A stretch of 64,000 bases of DNA, taken from contig CASENM010000040.1 in NCBI GenBank assembly GCA_949289295.1, forward strand, positions 3,055-67,054, read 5' to 3'. This document shows, one piece after another, positions 18,770 through 29,551 of the stretch (position 1 is its first letter; the number at the start of each line of letters is the position of its first letter). The translations under genes were made by a program, and so were the position numbers. Origin of the DNA: an uncultured Bacteroides sp. (GTDB lineage: Bacteria > Bacteroidota > Bacteroidia > Bacteroidales > Bacteroidaceae). The notes beneath the pieces were generated by a model. The model did no database searches. It was given only the letters and a program-made list of their open reading frames with translations, and had not been told where the DNA came from.

Positions 18770-21304
18770 TTAGTCTGTCTGTCCGACTGTCATCTTGAGT
18801 CCGTCCCCCTGTTCGTTGACACTTACGTGGATGGTGGTGTCCGTTGCAGGGCTTTCATTGATGAGGAGTTCAGCCAGTCCGTCTTCCAGATAGTTCTGGA
18901 TAGATCGTTTCAGCGGGCGTGCCCCGAACTGTACGTCATATCCTTTCTCGGCGATGAAACGTTTGGCCGCCTCTTCGATGGTCAGTGAATATCCCAGGTT
19001 TTCCATACGTTTGTACAGTCCTTCCAGCTCGATGTCGGTGATGCGCGACAATGCGTTGATGTCCAGCTGGTCGAACGTGATGATTTCATCGATACGGTTG
19101 ATGAATTCCGGGGCGAACGATTTGTTCAACGCTTTTGTGATGACTCCGCGAGAATATTCCTTGTCGTCCGTGCGGGTCTGTGCCGCAAACCCGATACCTT
19201 TCCCGAATTCTTTCAGCTGGCGTGTCCCGATGTTGGAGGTCATGATAATCACCGTATTCTTGAAGTCCACCGTTCGTCCCAGACTGTCGGTCAGGCGTCC
19301 TTCGTCCATCACCTGGAGCAGAAGGTTGAACACGTCGGAATGGGCTTTTTCGATTTCGTCGAGCAGTACGATAGAGTAAGGCTTCCGCCGCACTTTTTCG
19401 GTGAGCTGGCCGCCTTCTTCGTAACCTACATAGCCCGGAGGTGCCCCTACCAGGCGCGATACGGAGAATTTCTCCATATATTCACTCATGTCAATCCGGA
19501 CCAGTGCGTCGGCCGTGCCGAACATCTGTTTGGCCAGTTGTTTGGCCAGGTGAGTCTTTCCGACACCCGTAGGTCCGAGGAAAAGGAATGTGCCGATCGG
19601 TTTGTTCGGGTCCTTCAGTCCTACACGGTTGCGCTGGATGGCTCTGACCACGGTGTTTACCGCCTTGTCCTGAGCGATTACTTTCGACAGCAGTTCCGCC
19701 TTCATGCTTTTCAGCTTGTTCCCTTCCGCCTCTGCCATGCGCTGTACGGGTACGCCCGACATCATGGAGACCACGTCGGCCACTTTCTCTGCGTCGACGG
19801 TTTCCCGGTTTTCCTTCAGTTTCTCTTCCCATTCACGCTTCATGGCCTCCAGCCGGTCGATGCCCTGCTTTTCCTGATCGCGGAAGCTGGCGGCCAGTTC
19901 GAATTGCTGGTTTTTCACCGCCTCCACCTTGTGCTGGCGGGTCTCGTCAATCCATTTTTCCTGTTCCTCAATTTCTTTCGGTACACTGATGTTGGTGAGA
20001 TGCACACGCGAACCTGCCTCATCGAGCGCGTCAATCGCCTTGTCAGGAAAATTCCGGTCGGTGATGTAGCGGTCTGTCAATTTGACACACGCTTCCAGAG
20101 CTTCGTCCGTATAGTTCACGTTGTGGTGTTCCTCGTATCTGTCTTTGATGTTTCTCAAAATCTGCAAAGTCTCTTCAGGTGTGGTCGGTTCCACGATAAC
20201 CTTCTGGAAACGGCGTTCGAGTGCCCCGTCCTTTTCGATGTTCTGCCGGTATTCGTCGAGTGTGGTGGCACCGATGCACTGTATTTCTCCGCGTGCCAGT
20301 GCCGGCTTGAGCATGTTGGCGGCATCCATCGACCCTGCAGCCGAACCCGCCCCCACGATGTTGTGGATTTCATCGATGAAGAGGATGATGTTCGGATTCT
20401 TCTTCAGTTCGTCGAGGATACAGCGGATGCGTTCTTCAAATTGTCCGCGATACTTCGTGCCCGCCACGACCGACATCATGTCGAGTGCGATGACCCGTTT
20501 TCCGAACAGGATGCGCGACACCTTTTTCTCTACGATGCGCCGTGCCAGCCCTTCTACGATGGCAGACTTGCCGACTCCGGGCTCTCCGATGAGAATAGGG
20601 TTGTTTTTCTTTCTTCTGCTCAGTATTTGCGCGATGCGTTCTATTTCTTTCTCGCGGCCGATTACGGGGTCGAGCTTGTCCTCTTCGGCGGCTTTGGTCA
20701 TGTCGGTCCCGAATGTGTCAAGTACAGGCGTATCGTTGTTGGGCGTTTTCTGTCTCGTTTGGGTGGCGGCACCGCTGTCTGCCGAAGAGAAAGGCGTGTT
20801 GCGGTCATCGCGCCGGCGTATGCCTTCGTCTTCTTCGTCTTCCTCGCCGAAATCAAGTCCTCCTTGCGGTTCAGGCTTGTGCGCCACTTTGTCGATGATT
20901 TTCTCGTAAGTCACTTCGTTTTCTTCCAGAATGGAAGATGCTCTGTTCTTTTTGTTTCTCATGATGGCTAGTAGCATGTGTTGCGCGTCGGTTACCGGAC
21001 TTTTAAGCAGTCTGGCTTCCAACATACTTATTTTCAATATTCTTGAAGCTTCCTCGTTGAAATTGATTTCTTCCGAGTATTTCTCTTTCACCGATTCCTG
21101 GCGAAGAATATCCTCCAGTTCCTGCTTGATTCCGTCAAGGTTTACATGCAGGCTTCTCAGAATGTTGACAGCCTCTCCCTTTCCGTCACGGATGATTCCG
21201 AGCAGGAGATGCTCAGGTCCGATGTAGCTGTTGCGGAGACGGTTGGCCTCTTCTTTGCTGTAGAGGATGATGTCGGAAACTCTTCGTGTGAATGGATTGT
21301 TCAT
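18770..21304 (-). CDS. clpC: ATP-dependent Clp protease ATPase subunit ClpC
   Basis: Clp-N repeats, AAA1 GEPGVGKS/IDEIH, UVR-like M domain QQFELAASFRD, AAA2 GPTGVGKT/LDEIEKAH, GARPL. Confidence 0.93.
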   Translation of the reverse strand: MNNPFTRRVSDIILYSKEEANRLRNSYIGPEHLLLGIIRDGKGEAVNILRSLHVNLDGIKQELEDILRQESVKEKYSEEINFNEEASRILKISMLEARLLKSPVTDAQHMLLAIMRNKKNRASSILEENEVTYEKIIDKVAHKPEPQGGLDFGEEDEEDEGIRRRDDRNTPFSSADSGAATQTRQKTPNNDTPVLDTFGTDMTKAAEEDKLDPVIGREKEIERIAQILSRRKKNNPILIGEPGVGKSAIVEGLARRIVEKKVSRILFGKRVIALDMMSVVAGTKYRGQFEERIRCILDELKKNPNIILFIDEIHNIVGAGSAAGSMDAANMLKPALARGEIQCIGATTLDEYRQNIEKDGALERRFQKVIVEPTTPEETLQILRNIKDRYEEHHNVNYTDEALEACVKLTDRYITDRNFPDKAIDALDEAGSRVHLTNISVPKEIEEQEKWIDETRQHKVEAVKNQQFELAASFRDQEKQGIDRLEAMKREWEEKLKENRETVDAEKVADVVSMMSGVPVQRMAEAEGNKLKSMKAELLSKVIAQDKAVNTVVRAIQRNRVGLKDPNKPIGTFLFLGPTGVGKTHLAKQLAKQMFGTADALVRIDMSEYMEKFSVSRLVGAPPGYVGYEEGGQLTEKVRRKPYSIVLLDEIEKAHSDVFNLLLQVMDEGRLTDSLGRTVDFKNTVIIMTSNIGTRQLKEFGKGIGFAAQTRTDDKEYSRGVITKALNKSFAPEFINRIDEIITFDQLDINALSRITDIELEGLYKRMENLGYSLTIEEAAKRFIAEKGYDVQFGARPLKRSIQNYLEDGLAELLINESPATDTTIHVSVNEQGDGLKMTVGQTD

Positions 21305-21347
21305 CGATATTTATTACTCCTTTTTATTTATATAATTCCCAATTTTG

Positions 21348-21355
21348 CAAAAATA
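21348..21355 (-). promoter_or_regulatory. -7 promoter element of clpC
   Basis: TATTTTTG on the - strand. Confidence 0.55.
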
Positions 21356-21442
21356 CATTTTTTTGTCGAATCGTGCATATTTTCTTTTTAATTTATGAGA
21401 TTCGGTCCCGTTAAAAAACGGGCGGGCCAGGTGGCACTCGGG

Positions 21443-21504
21443 AAAACGCTTCGGCGTTTTGGATAAAACTCCTAGGCGTTTCGGGTAAAACGCCGAAGCG
21501 TTTT
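21443..21504. repeat. Triple-hairpin 22-bp-period intergenic element
   Basis: AAAACGCTTCGGCGTTTT ggat AAAACTCCTAGGCGTTTC gggt AAAACGCCGAAGCGTTTT; unit 3 is the reverse complement of unit 1. Confidence 0.9.
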
Positions 21505-21730
21505 TCCGAGAATCCCTTCCGGTTCTCTCCTGCGCGGATGCGACTGCTTGTCTGCACAGGCCGGCCTGAATGCTCCTGCAAAATGTGTGCCATAACAGGA
21601 AGCAGTTTTCCTCTGGAGGGTGCTCCGTGCATTTTTTGGCAGAAAAGTTTTTGTATATCGTGTAAAAGTCGTACTTTAGCATGATTTTTCACGAAGCTGA
21701 AAGAAAGTATAATTAATTACATTGTTTTAA

Positions 21731-24289
21731 ATGCAAGAACAAGACAGAATTATAAAAATCAACATCGAAGAGGAAATGAAGTCGTCGTACATCGACTACT
21801 CAATGTCAGTAATCGTTGCGCGCGCCCTCCCTGATGTGAGAGACGGTTTCAAGCCGGTTCACCGCCGTATCCTGTACGGTATGATGGAACTGGGGAACAC
21901 GTCGGACAAACCGTATAAGAAATCTGCGAGAATAGTAGGTGAGGTGCTCGGAAAATACCATCCTCACGGTGATTCGTCCGTTTACGGCGCCTTGGTGCGT
22001 ATGGCTCAGGATTGGGCGATGCGCTATCCGCTGGTGGACGGTCAGGGAAACTTCGGTTCGGTTGACGGCGACAGCCCGGCGGCCATGCGTTATACCGAAG
22101 CCCGTCTGAAAAGAATCGGTGAGGAAATGATGCAGGATCTCTATAAGGAAACGGTGGATTTCACCAACAACTTCGATGATACCCTGCAGGAACCTACGGT
22201 GATGCCGACACGGATTCCTAATCTGCTGGTCAACGGTGCGTCGGGCATCGCGGTAGGTATGGCCACGAACATGCCCACCCACAATCTGAGTGAGGTGATT
22301 GATGCGTGTGTGGCTTATCTGGATGACAGCAGCATCGATACGGACGGTCTGATGAAATACATTAAAGCTCCTGACTTTCCTACCGGCGGGTACATCTACG
22401 GTGTCAGCGGCGTGAAAGAAGCGTATGAAACGGGGCGCGGCCGTGTAGTGATGCGTGCCAAGACCGAGATTGAAACACATCCCACTCATGACAAGATTAT
22501 AGTCAACGAAATACCGTATAATGTCAACAAAAAGGAGCTGATTGAAAGTATCGCGGCTCTGGTCAACGAAAAGAAGATTGACGGCATATCGTATGTCAAC
22601 GATGAAAGTGACCGCGACGGTATGCGTATTGTCATCGACGTGAAGCGTGATGCCAATGCCAGTGTGGTGCTCAACAAGCTGTTCAAGATGACAGCCCTGC
22701 AAAGTTCGTTCAGCGTAAACAACATTGCATTGGTGCACGGACGGCCGAAGCTGTTGAGCCTGAAGGATCTTATCCGGCTGTTCCTGGAACATCGCCATGA
22801 GGTGGTGCTCCGCCGTACGCGTTATGATTTGCGCAAGGCGAGAGAACGTGCGCATATCCTGGAAGGCCTGATTGTCGCTTCAGACAATATTGACGAGGTG
22901 ATCCGTATCATCCGTGCGGCAAAGACTCCGAACGAGGCGGTCACGAATCTGATGGACCGTTTCCAGCTTACGGAAATCCAGGCGCGTGCCATCGTGGAAA
23001 TGCGTCTGCGCCAGCTTACCGGACTGATGCAGGAGCAGCTTCATGCCGAGTATGACGAACTGATGAAGCAGATAGCTTATTTTGAGGAAATTCTGAGCAA
23101 CGACGAGCTGTGCCGCAAGGTGGTGAAGGACGAGCTGCTGGAGGTGAAGGCAAAATATGGTGATTCCCGCCGTTCGGAAATCATTTATGCTTCAGAAGAA
23201 TTCAATCCCGAAGACTTCTATGCTGATGACCAGATGATCATCACCATCTCGCATTTGGGATACATCAAGCGTACGCCGCTCTCCGAGTTCCATGCACAGA
23301 ATCGGGGTGGGGTAGGCTCGAAAGGGAGCGATACCCGCGACACTGATTTTATCGAACACATCTATCCGGCTACGATGCACAACACATTGCTCTTCTTCAC
23401 TCAGAAAGGCAAATGTTATTGGCTGAAGGTGTATGAAATACCCGAAGGCAACAAGACATCGAAAGGGCGTGCTATCCAGAATCTGCTCAATATCGATCCG
23501 GACGATGCTGTGACGGCTTATTTGCGCGTGAAGAACCTGAACGACACGGCGTTCATCAACAGTCATTACGTGTTGTTCTGTACGAAGAACGGTGTCATCA
23601 AGAAGACGGTGCTCGAACAATATTCGCGTCCGCGACAGAACGGGGTGAACGCGATTACCATCCGTGAGGATGACCGTGTGATTGAAGTGCGCATGACAAA
23701 CGGGAACAATGAAATCATCATCGCTAACCGCAACGGCCGGGCTATCCGTTTCCATGAAAGTGCGGTGCGCGAAATGGGACGTACGGCTACCGGTGTGCGC
23801 GGCATTACATTGGATGATGACGGTCAGGATGAGGTAATCGGCATGATTTGTATCAAAGATCCGAAGGTTGAAACTGTGATGGTGGTTTCTGAAAACGGAT
23901 ACGGAAAACGTTCCGATTTGGAAGATTACCGTAAGACCAACCGTGGCGGAAAGGGCGTGAAGACGCTGAGCATTACGGAAAAGACAGGTTGTCTGGTGGC
24001 CATCAAGTCTGTAACCGATGAAAACGACCTGATGATTATCAACAAGTCGGGCATCACTATCCGTCTGAAAGTGGCTGATGTGCGCATTATGGGGCGCGCT
24101 ACCCAGGGTGTCCGTCTGATAGACCTTGAAAAGCGTAATGACCGTATCGGATCGGTATGTAAGGTGACTTCTGAGCCGGAAGAGACAAACGGGGAACAGT
24201 TGCCTGAAGGTGAGGAGGCAGTCCTGCCGGATGCGGAAGGCGGAGCGGCTGACATAGCCGGACAGGATGAAACAACTCCACAGGAATAA
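21731..24289 (+). CDS. gyrA: DNA gyrase subunit A
   Basis: [29 protein letters not shown] active-site Tyr, GyrA-box QNRGGVG, beta-pinwheel repeats. Confidence 0.98.
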   Translation: MQEQDRIIKINIEEEMKSSYIDYSMSVIVARALPDVRDGFKPVHRRILYGMMELGNTSDKPYKKSARIVGEVLGKYHPHGDSSVYGALVRMAQDWAMRYPLVDGQGNFGSVDGDSPAAMRYTEARLKRIGEEMMQDLYKETVDFTNNFDDTLQEPTVMPTRIPNLLVNGASGIAVGMATNMPTHNLSEVIDACVAYLDDSSIDTDGLMKYIKAPDFPTGGYIYGVSGVKEAYETGRGRVVMRAKTEIETHPTHDKIIVNEIPYNVNKKELIESIAALVNEKKIDGISYVNDESDRDGMRIVIDVKRDANASVVLNKLFKMTALQSSFSVNNIALVHGRPKLLSLKDLIRLFLEHRHEVVLRRTRYDLRKARERAHILEGLIVASDNIDEVIRIIRAAKTPNEAVTNLMDRFQLTEIQARAIVEMRLRQLTGLMQEQLHAEYDELMKQIAYFEEILSNDELCRKVVKDELLEVKAKYGDSRRSEIIYASEEFNPEDFYADDQMIITISHLGYIKRTPLSEFHAQNRGGVGSKGSDTRDTDFIEHIYPATMHNTLLFFTQKGKCYWLKVYEIPEGNKTSKGRAIQNLLNIDPDDAVTAYLRVKNLNDTAFINSHYVLFCTKNGVIKKTVLEQYSRPRQNGVNAITIREDDRVIEVRMTNGNNEIIIANRNGRAIRFHESAVREMGRTATGVRGITLDDDGQDEVIGMICIKDPKVETVMVVSENGYGKRSDLEDYRKTNRGGKGVKTLSITEKTGCLVAIKSVTDENDLMIINKSGITIRLKVADVRIMGRATQGVRLIDLEKRNDRIGSVCKVTSEPEETNGEQLPEGEEAVLPDAEGGAADIAGQDETTPQE

Positions 24290-24332
24290 TAAAATGAAAA
24301 GAAAGATTATTTACCATTAATATTTTAAAGTT

Positions 24333-25553
24333 ATGAGAAAAGTTTTATTTACCGCAGCAGCACTGATTTTTATGGCATCTGCTGCATCTGCACAGGAAAG
24401 TGTAGTGAAGGAAGCGAAAAAAGCCAAGGGTAATCCTGCAGAAGCTGCCAAGATTATCGAACCGGCTTTGACCGACCCGTCTACTGCCAACGATCCAGAA
24501 ACCTGGAAACTGGCCGGTGACTTCCAGAAGTCAATCTATGATGACGAAAACATGAAATTGTATCTGCCGGGAGAAACTGCTGACACTGCAAAACTTTACA
24601 GCAGTCTGGCCAAGATGTTTGAATATTATACGAAGTGTGACGAAGTGGAACAGGCTAAGGTGAAGAGCGGAGAGCTCAAGAAACCGAAACTGAGAAAGAA
24701 ACTGGCTCAGGAGTTGGCAAAGGTACGTCCGCAGCTTACTAACGCAGGTTCTGATGCCTATAACGTAGGCGACTATGCAGGTGCGCTGAAATATTTCGGA
24801 CTGTTTGTCGACACTCCGCAGTATCCGATGTTTGCTGATATGGACGCAGTGAAGAATGATACGCTGGTTCCGCTGATTGCGAACTATGCCGCTTTGGCTG
24901 CAAACTCTTTGAAAGACAATTCAGCTATCGTAAAATATGCCGCTATCGGAAAGAACCACAAGGAAGAGGGCTACCGTTCGTTGATGTGTCTGGCAGAAGT
25001 GTACGGAAAGGGCGAGACTCCCGATTCAACCCAGTGGCTGGCTACAATCAAGGAAGGTGTTGAAAAATTCCCGGGTCAGGAATATTTCGTAGGAAACTTG
25101 ATGGACTATTATATCGTGAAGGGTAAAGTAGCTGATGCGTTGGCTGAGATCAACCAGATTCTGGCCAATAATCCGACTCCTTACTTCATGTATGTGAAGG
25201 GTGTGCTTCAGTATGAAAGCAAGGATTATGACGGTGCTATCGCTACTTTCAATGATGTGATTGCCAAAGGTTCTGATTTCCAGGCTGAATCGTATTCGAA
25301 GATTGGCGACTGCTATTTCTTCCCCGCTCAGTCAATCGTAGAAGAGAACTCGAAGATTTCAATGGATGACCCGAAATATGCGGCCAACGAGAAGCAGATT
25401 GCCGAAATGTACGAGAAAGCAGCTCCTTTCTATGAAAAGGCAAAGGAATTGGCACCGGACAACCGTCAGTTGTGGGGCCAGTTCTTGCTGAACATTTATT
25501 GGAAGCTTGACAAAGAAAAATATAATGCTCTTGAAAAAGAACTCGGATATTGA
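24333..25553 (+). CDS. Secreted tetratricopeptide-repeat protein
   Basis: Signal peptide MRKVLFTAAALIFMASAASA; TPR-like helical repeats (YNVGDYAGALKYF, YESKDYDGAIATF); such a gene commonly follows gyrA in Bacteroidetes. Confidence 0.82.
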   Translation: MRKVLFTAAALIFMASAASAQESVVKEAKKAKGNPAEAAKIIEPALTDPSTANDPETWKLAGDFQKSIYDDENMKLYLPGETADTAKLYSSLAKMFEYYTKCDEVEQAKVKSGELKKPKLRKKLAQELAKVRPQLTNAGSDAYNVGDYAGALKYFGLFVDTPQYPMFADMDAVKNDTLVPLIANYAALAANSLKDNSAIVKYAAIGKNHKEEGYRSLMCLAEVYGKGETPDSTQWLATIKEGVEKFPGQEYFVGNLMDYYIVKGKVADALAEINQILANNPTPYFMYVKGVLQYESKDYDGAIATFNDVIAKGSDFQAESYSKIGDCYFFPAQSIVEENSKISMDDPKYAANEKQIAEMYEKAAPFYEKAKELAPDNRQLWGQFLLNIYWKLDKEKYNALEKELGY

Positions 25554-25584
25554 TTTTCCTGGGTGAAAGGAGTAGACAACGAAT

Positions 25585-25619
25585 GCGCCGGGGCACGGAA
25601 AATTCTCGTGTCCCGGCGC
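25585..25619. terminator. Hairpin between convergent TPR gene and trpA
   Basis: GCGCCGGGGCACG / CGTGTCCCGGCGC 13-bp stem. Confidence 0.65.
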
Positions 25620-25650
25620 TGTTGTATATTCCCGGTATTTTCTGGCGGCA

Positions 25651-26427
25651 TTATTGTTTTAAAGCCTCCACCAACCGTTCGGCTGCTTTTGCGGCATTTC
25701 CGTTCTCTTCTTCAAGCAAAGTGATGAATTTGCTTCCGATGATACATCCCGAAGCATGTGCGGCTGCAGTTTCAAAAGTCTGTTTGTTGGATATCCCGAA
25801 TCCTATCATCCGTGGATTTCTGAGTTGCATGCGGTCTATTCTCCGGAAGTAGTCTTGTTTTTGTTCGTTGAAGTCGTTTTGTGCTCCGGTCACGGCCGCC
25901 GATGACACCATATAGATGAATCCGTCGGTGTTCGCGTCAATTTGCCGGATTCGTTCCTCGCTGGTTTCAGGGGTGATGAGCATGATGACCTTAAGTCCGA
26001 AACGTTCGGCGGTAGCCCGGAACTCCTCTTGGTATTCCTTGAAAGGCAGATCGGGTATAATCATACCGTCGATACCACACTCCTGGCATTTCCTGCAGAA
26101 GTTTTCAAATCCGTATTGAAGGATGGGATTGAGATAACCCATCAGAATCAGGGGAATATGTACATCGGTCCGTATGTTTTCCAATAGGGTGAAAAGCTTT
26201 CGGAGTGTCATTCCGCCTTTCAATGCGCGTGTGGCGGCATTCTGGATAACCGGTCCGTCGGCCATCGGGTCACTGAACGGGATTCCGATTTCAATCATGT
26301 CGATACCTTTCTTTTCGAGTGTCCGGATAATGCCGGGCGTACTTTCCGGAGTGGGGTCTCCGGCACAGAAATATACAGAAAGAATGTGGTTTTTCTTTTC
26401 GTTGAATAATTGGTTGATACGGTTCAT
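25651..26427 (-). CDS. trpA: Tryptophan synthase alpha chain
   Basis: EIGIPFSDPMADGPVIQ, MGYLNP, IIPDLP, GVT-like AVTG, IIGS; start trimmed to MNRINQLF. Confidence 0.96.
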   Translation of the reverse strand: MNRINQLFNEKKNHILSVYFCAGDPTPESTPGIIRTLEKKGIDMIEIGIPFSDPMADGPVIQNAATRALKGGMTLRKLFTLLENIRTDVHIPLILMGYLNPILQYGFENFCRKCQECGIDGMIIPDLPFKEYQEEFRATAERFGLKVIMLITPETSEERIRQIDANTDGFIYMVSSAAVTGAQNDFNEQKQDYFRRIDRMQLRNPRMIGFGISNKQTFETAAAHASGCIIGSKFITLLEEENGNAAKAAERLVEALKQ

Positions 26428-26440
26428 AGGTCTTGACATT

Positions 26441-27076
26441 TTAAAGTTCGTGAATTTTGTTGTTGTACCGCTTTTGTACCAGGTGGATGAATTGTGCGAG
26501 AGTCTGAGGGTCTTTGATGCCCGGACGCACTTCAAACCCGCTGTTGAGGTCGATTCCCGCCCATAAGGGATGGGTGAACCGGGCTAGCGTTCCGAGGCTT
26601 TTCGGGTTCAGTCCTCCGCTCAGCAGAAAGGGGGTATGGCCTTGATAGGCTTTTAGAATGTTCCAGTTGAAAGAGCGTCCGGAACCGCCCCGGCCCGTGC
26701 ATGGAGTATCGAACAGAAAGTAGTCGCACGTGCCTTCATAGGCGAGCGAGCTTTCCAGCGTCTCGCTGTCTTTTACCGAGAACGCCTTGATGACTTCCAC
26801 ACCGTTCTCACGGAGTGTACGACATTGTGCAGGCTGTTCGTTTCCATGGAGTTGCACCAGATGCAGTCCCCATTGGCCGACAGTTTCCATGATTTTTTCT
26901 GTGGAGGCATCTACAAACACGCCTACACGCCGGGCACGTTCTGGAAGATAGTCCGGCACATATCCGGCATATCGTGGGGAGGGAGGATAGAAGATGAATC
27001 CCATCCATTCCGCCCCCGTTATTTCCACTTGCCGGATATTCTTGCTTTCGGTCATACCGCATACTTTTATAATCAT
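26441..27076 (-). CDS. trpF: Phosphoribosylanthranilate isomerase
   Basis: IKVCG, SPR, VQLHGNE, GGSGRSFNW, LSGGL, IDLNSGFE. Confidence 0.95.
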   Translation of the reverse strand: MIIKVCGMTESKNIRQVEITGAEWMGFIFYPPSPRYAGYVPDYLPERARRVGVFVDASTEKIMETVGQWGLHLVQLHGNEQPAQCRTLRENGVEVIKAFSVKDSETLESSLAYEGTCDYFLFDTPCTGRGGSGRSFNWNILKAYQGHTPFLLSGGLNPKSLGTLARFTHPLWAGIDLNSGFEVRPGIKDPQTLAQFIHLVQKRYNNKIHEL

Positions 27077-27088
27077 ATCTGTATGTTT

Positions 27089-27895
27089 TTAGTATGAAAG
27101 GAGGTATCGCCTTAATACTTGATGAAACTCGGACAACGCTTTTCCAGGGTCAGAAGTTCTCATGAAAGCTTCTCCCATCAGGAATCCCCGGTAGCCCGCT
27201 TTGCGCAGATTGCTTACTGTTTCGGGTGAGGATATTCCGCTTTCTGACACATGCAAGGTATTTCCGGGAAGTATTTCTGCCATCCGGAATGAGTTTTCGA
27301 TATCCGTGTGAAAGGTTCCCAGATTTCTGTTGTTTATACCTGTGAGGTCAACAAACTCATTGTAGGAATCCAATTCTTTTTCTGTGTGCAGTTCGAGCAG
27401 CACCTCCAGTTTGAGCTTATGAGCTTCTTCTGCCAGTTTGCGACATTCGGACGGTGTGAGGGCGGCGGCGATGAGCAGCACCGCGTCGGCTCGGGCCCAT
27501 TTTGCCTGGAGGAGCTGGTAGCGGCTGATGATGAAGTCCTTCCGGAGGATGGGTAGGTGTACGGCCTTGCGTATTTCGGTCAAGTCTTTCAGTGTCCCTC
27601 CGAAAAAGGGCTCATCTGTCAGAACCGACAGGGCAGCGGCCCCGGCATGTTGGTAGCCGGCAGCTACATCTGCCGGTTTCGCTTCCTTGTGAATCCATCC
27701 TTTGGAGGGGGAACGTCGTTTGAATTCGGCGATGATGCCTGTGGGCGATGCTGCAAGAGAAGCTTTCATACTGTATCCTTCTGCGAGATTTCCATCGAGC
27801 ATCTTCTCCAGTTCCGCTTCGGAAACCACTTCTTTCTGCCGGGCGATTTCCGTCCGTTTCTGGGCTATGATTTCATGTAGAATGTCTTTTTCCAT
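27089..27895 (-). CDS. trpC: Indole-3-glycerol phosphate synthase
   Basis: IIAEFKRRSPSKG, SVLTDEPFFGG, LRKDFI, GINNRNL, SESGI. Confidence 0.96.
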   Translation of the reverse strand: MEKDILHEIIAQKRTEIARQKEVVSEAELEKMLDGNLAEGYSMKASLAASPTGIIAEFKRRSPSKGWIHKEAKPADVAAGYQHAGAAALSVLTDEPFFGGTLKDLTEIRKAVHLPILRKDFIISRYQLLQAKWARADAVLLIAAALTPSECRKLAEEAHKLKLEVLLELHTEKELDSYNEFVDLTGINNRNLGTFHTDIENSFRMAEILPGNTLHVSESGISSPETVSNLRKAGYRGFLMGEAFMRTSDPGKALSEFHQVLRRYLLSY

Positions 27896-27899
27896 TTTT

Positions 27900-28898
27900 T
27901 CAGATTCCGTTTAGTTCAATGAATTTTTTGAAAGTATCGAATGCTCTGCCGCTATCGAGCGATTCGCGGGCGATAGCCACACACTCTTCGATGGATTTTT
28001 CCGGTTCCATTACCTGGATGGCAAACGAAGCATTGATGAGTACACAGTCGGTTTGGGCTTTTGTAGCTTCCCGTTGCAGTACGCGGTCGAAAATACGGGC
28101 GGCCTCTTGTGGCGTGTTTCCTCCATGCAGCTCTTCCTGGCGTACCCGGGAGAAACCCAGTTCAGAAGGACGATGGATGCTTTCGTAGAGGTTGGTCATG
28201 ATCTTGAATTCATCGGTAAGCGAGATTTCGTCGTATCCGTCCAGATTGTTCACTACAGCAAACCCGATGCCGAGCTTCTGCAGGGTATTGGTGTAAAGGC
28301 GCATCTGGCGCAGGTCGGCCACTCCCAGCAGCTGATAATCGGGCAGACAGGGGTTGACCAGCGGACCGAGCAGGTTGAAGAGGGTACGCACCTGCATCGC
28401 TTTCCGGACGGATGCCACGGCTTTCATGCCCGGATTGAAGAGAGGGGCATGCAGGTAAGCCATGCCGCAACCTTCCATCGAGCGTACAAGCAGGTCTTGC
28501 CGGTTGGTGAACTTCACTCCGTGAACCTCCATGACGTTGCTGGCCCCACTTACCGAAGTGGCACCGTAGTTGCCGTGTTTGGCCACATGATAGCCTGCTC
28601 CCGCCACGATGAAGCAAGCACAGGTAGAGATGTTGAATGTATTTTTTCCGTCGCCTCCTGTTCCTACGATGTCGATGGGGCGGTAAGCACTCAAGTCGAC
28701 GGGTATCCGGGTAGCGAGAAGTGCCTTGCGGAAACCGATGAGTTCGTCCACTTTTACGCCCCGCATCTGGAATACGGTGAGAAGGGCGGCCGTCTGCGTG
28801 TCGTTGTAGATGCCTTCCGTGATGTCTGTCATCAGCCTGCAGGCTTCTTCGCAGGTGAGTTCTTCGTGGTTGAAGAGTCGTTGCAATAGTTGTTTCAT
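27900..28898 (-). CDS. trpD: Anthranilate phosphoribosyltransferase
   Basis: DIVGTGGDGKNTFNIST, AKHGN, RTLFNLLGPL, DEIS; start MKQLLQ overlapping the trpG stop. Confidence 0.96.
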   Translation of the reverse strand: MKQLLQRLFNHEELTCEEACRLMTDITEGIYNDTQTAALLTVFQMRGVKVDELIGFRKALLATRIPVDLSAYRPIDIVGTGGDGKNTFNISTCACFIVAGAGYHVAKHGNYGATSVSGASNVMEVHGVKFTNRQDLLVRSMEGCGMAYLHAPLFNPGMKAVASVRKAMQVRTLFNLLGPLVNPCLPDYQLLGVADLRQMRLYTNTLQKLGIGFAVVNNLDGYDEISLTDEFKIMTNLYESIHRPSELGFSRVRQEELHGGNTPQEAARIFDRVLQREATKAQTDCVLINASFAIQVMEPEKSIEECVAIARESLDSGRAFDTFKKFIELNGI

Positions 28899-29539
28899 AA
28901 GTCGGTGTTTGGACAAGTGAATGACAATGGTTTATAAGAGATTGTCTGAGAATAGAAATTGGATTTCTCATTTTGAGGCAATCTCAGCCAGTTCCGGAGC
29001 ATTTGTTTTCCTTCGGGGGTAAGGATAGATTCAGGGTGGAACTGGATGCCCCTTATGTCGGTCGTTTTGTGGCGCAGGGCCATGATGTGTCCTTCCGGAC
29101 TTATGGCCGTGACTTCCAGACATTCGGGCAGACTTTCCATATCGACTACCCACGAGTGGTAGCGTCCTACCTCCAGTTCTTTGGAAAGGCCGTGGAAAAG
29201 TAAGTCGTCCGCCACCACGGAGATTCGGCTTTGCACACCGTGATACACTTGTGTCAGATTGACCAGTTTGCCTCCGAAGGCTTCGCCGATGGCTTGTTCT
29301 CCCAGGCAGACTCCCAGAATGGGCTTTTTCCCGGCATACGTATGGATAACTTCCAGGAGCATTCCTGCCTCTTCGGGTATTCCCGGACCGGGTGAAAGCA
29401 GAATCTTATCGTATGCGTCCAGTTCTTCCATCCGGAAGCTGTCGTTTCGCACGACGGTGACTGCAGCTCCCAGTTCTTTTATCAGATGACTCAGGTTATA
29501 GGTGAAAGAGTCATAATTGTCTATGATAACGATATTCAT
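28895..29539 (-). CDS. trpG: Anthranilate synthase component II (glutamine amidotransferase)
   Basis: IDNYDSFTYNL, SPGPG, GVCLGEQ, RYHS, QFHPES. Confidence 0.96.
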   Translation of the reverse strand: MNIVIIDNYDSFTYNLSHLIKELGAAVTVVRNDSFRMEELDAYDKILLSPGPGIPEEAGMLLEVIHTYAGKKPILGVCLGEQAIGEAFGGKLVNLTQVYHGVQSRISVVADDLLFHGLSKELEVGRYHSWVVDMESLPECLEVTAISPEGHIMALRHKTTDIRGIQFHPESILTPEGKQMLRNWLRLPQNEKSNFYSQTISYKPLSFTCPNTDL

Positions 29540-29551
29540 GGTGTGGTTCGG

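Noticed and set aside
19340-20971. 543-aa ORF antisense to clpC, and many similar long antisense ORFs over tkt, htpG, gyrA, trp and nqr genes
   Set aside because: Shadow ORFs on the opposite strand of well-conserved genes, caused by codon bias; no recognisable motifs
21731-22100. Fluoroquinolone-resistance substitution in gyrA
   Set aside because: The QRDR reads HPHGDSSVY with the wild-type Ser after Asp
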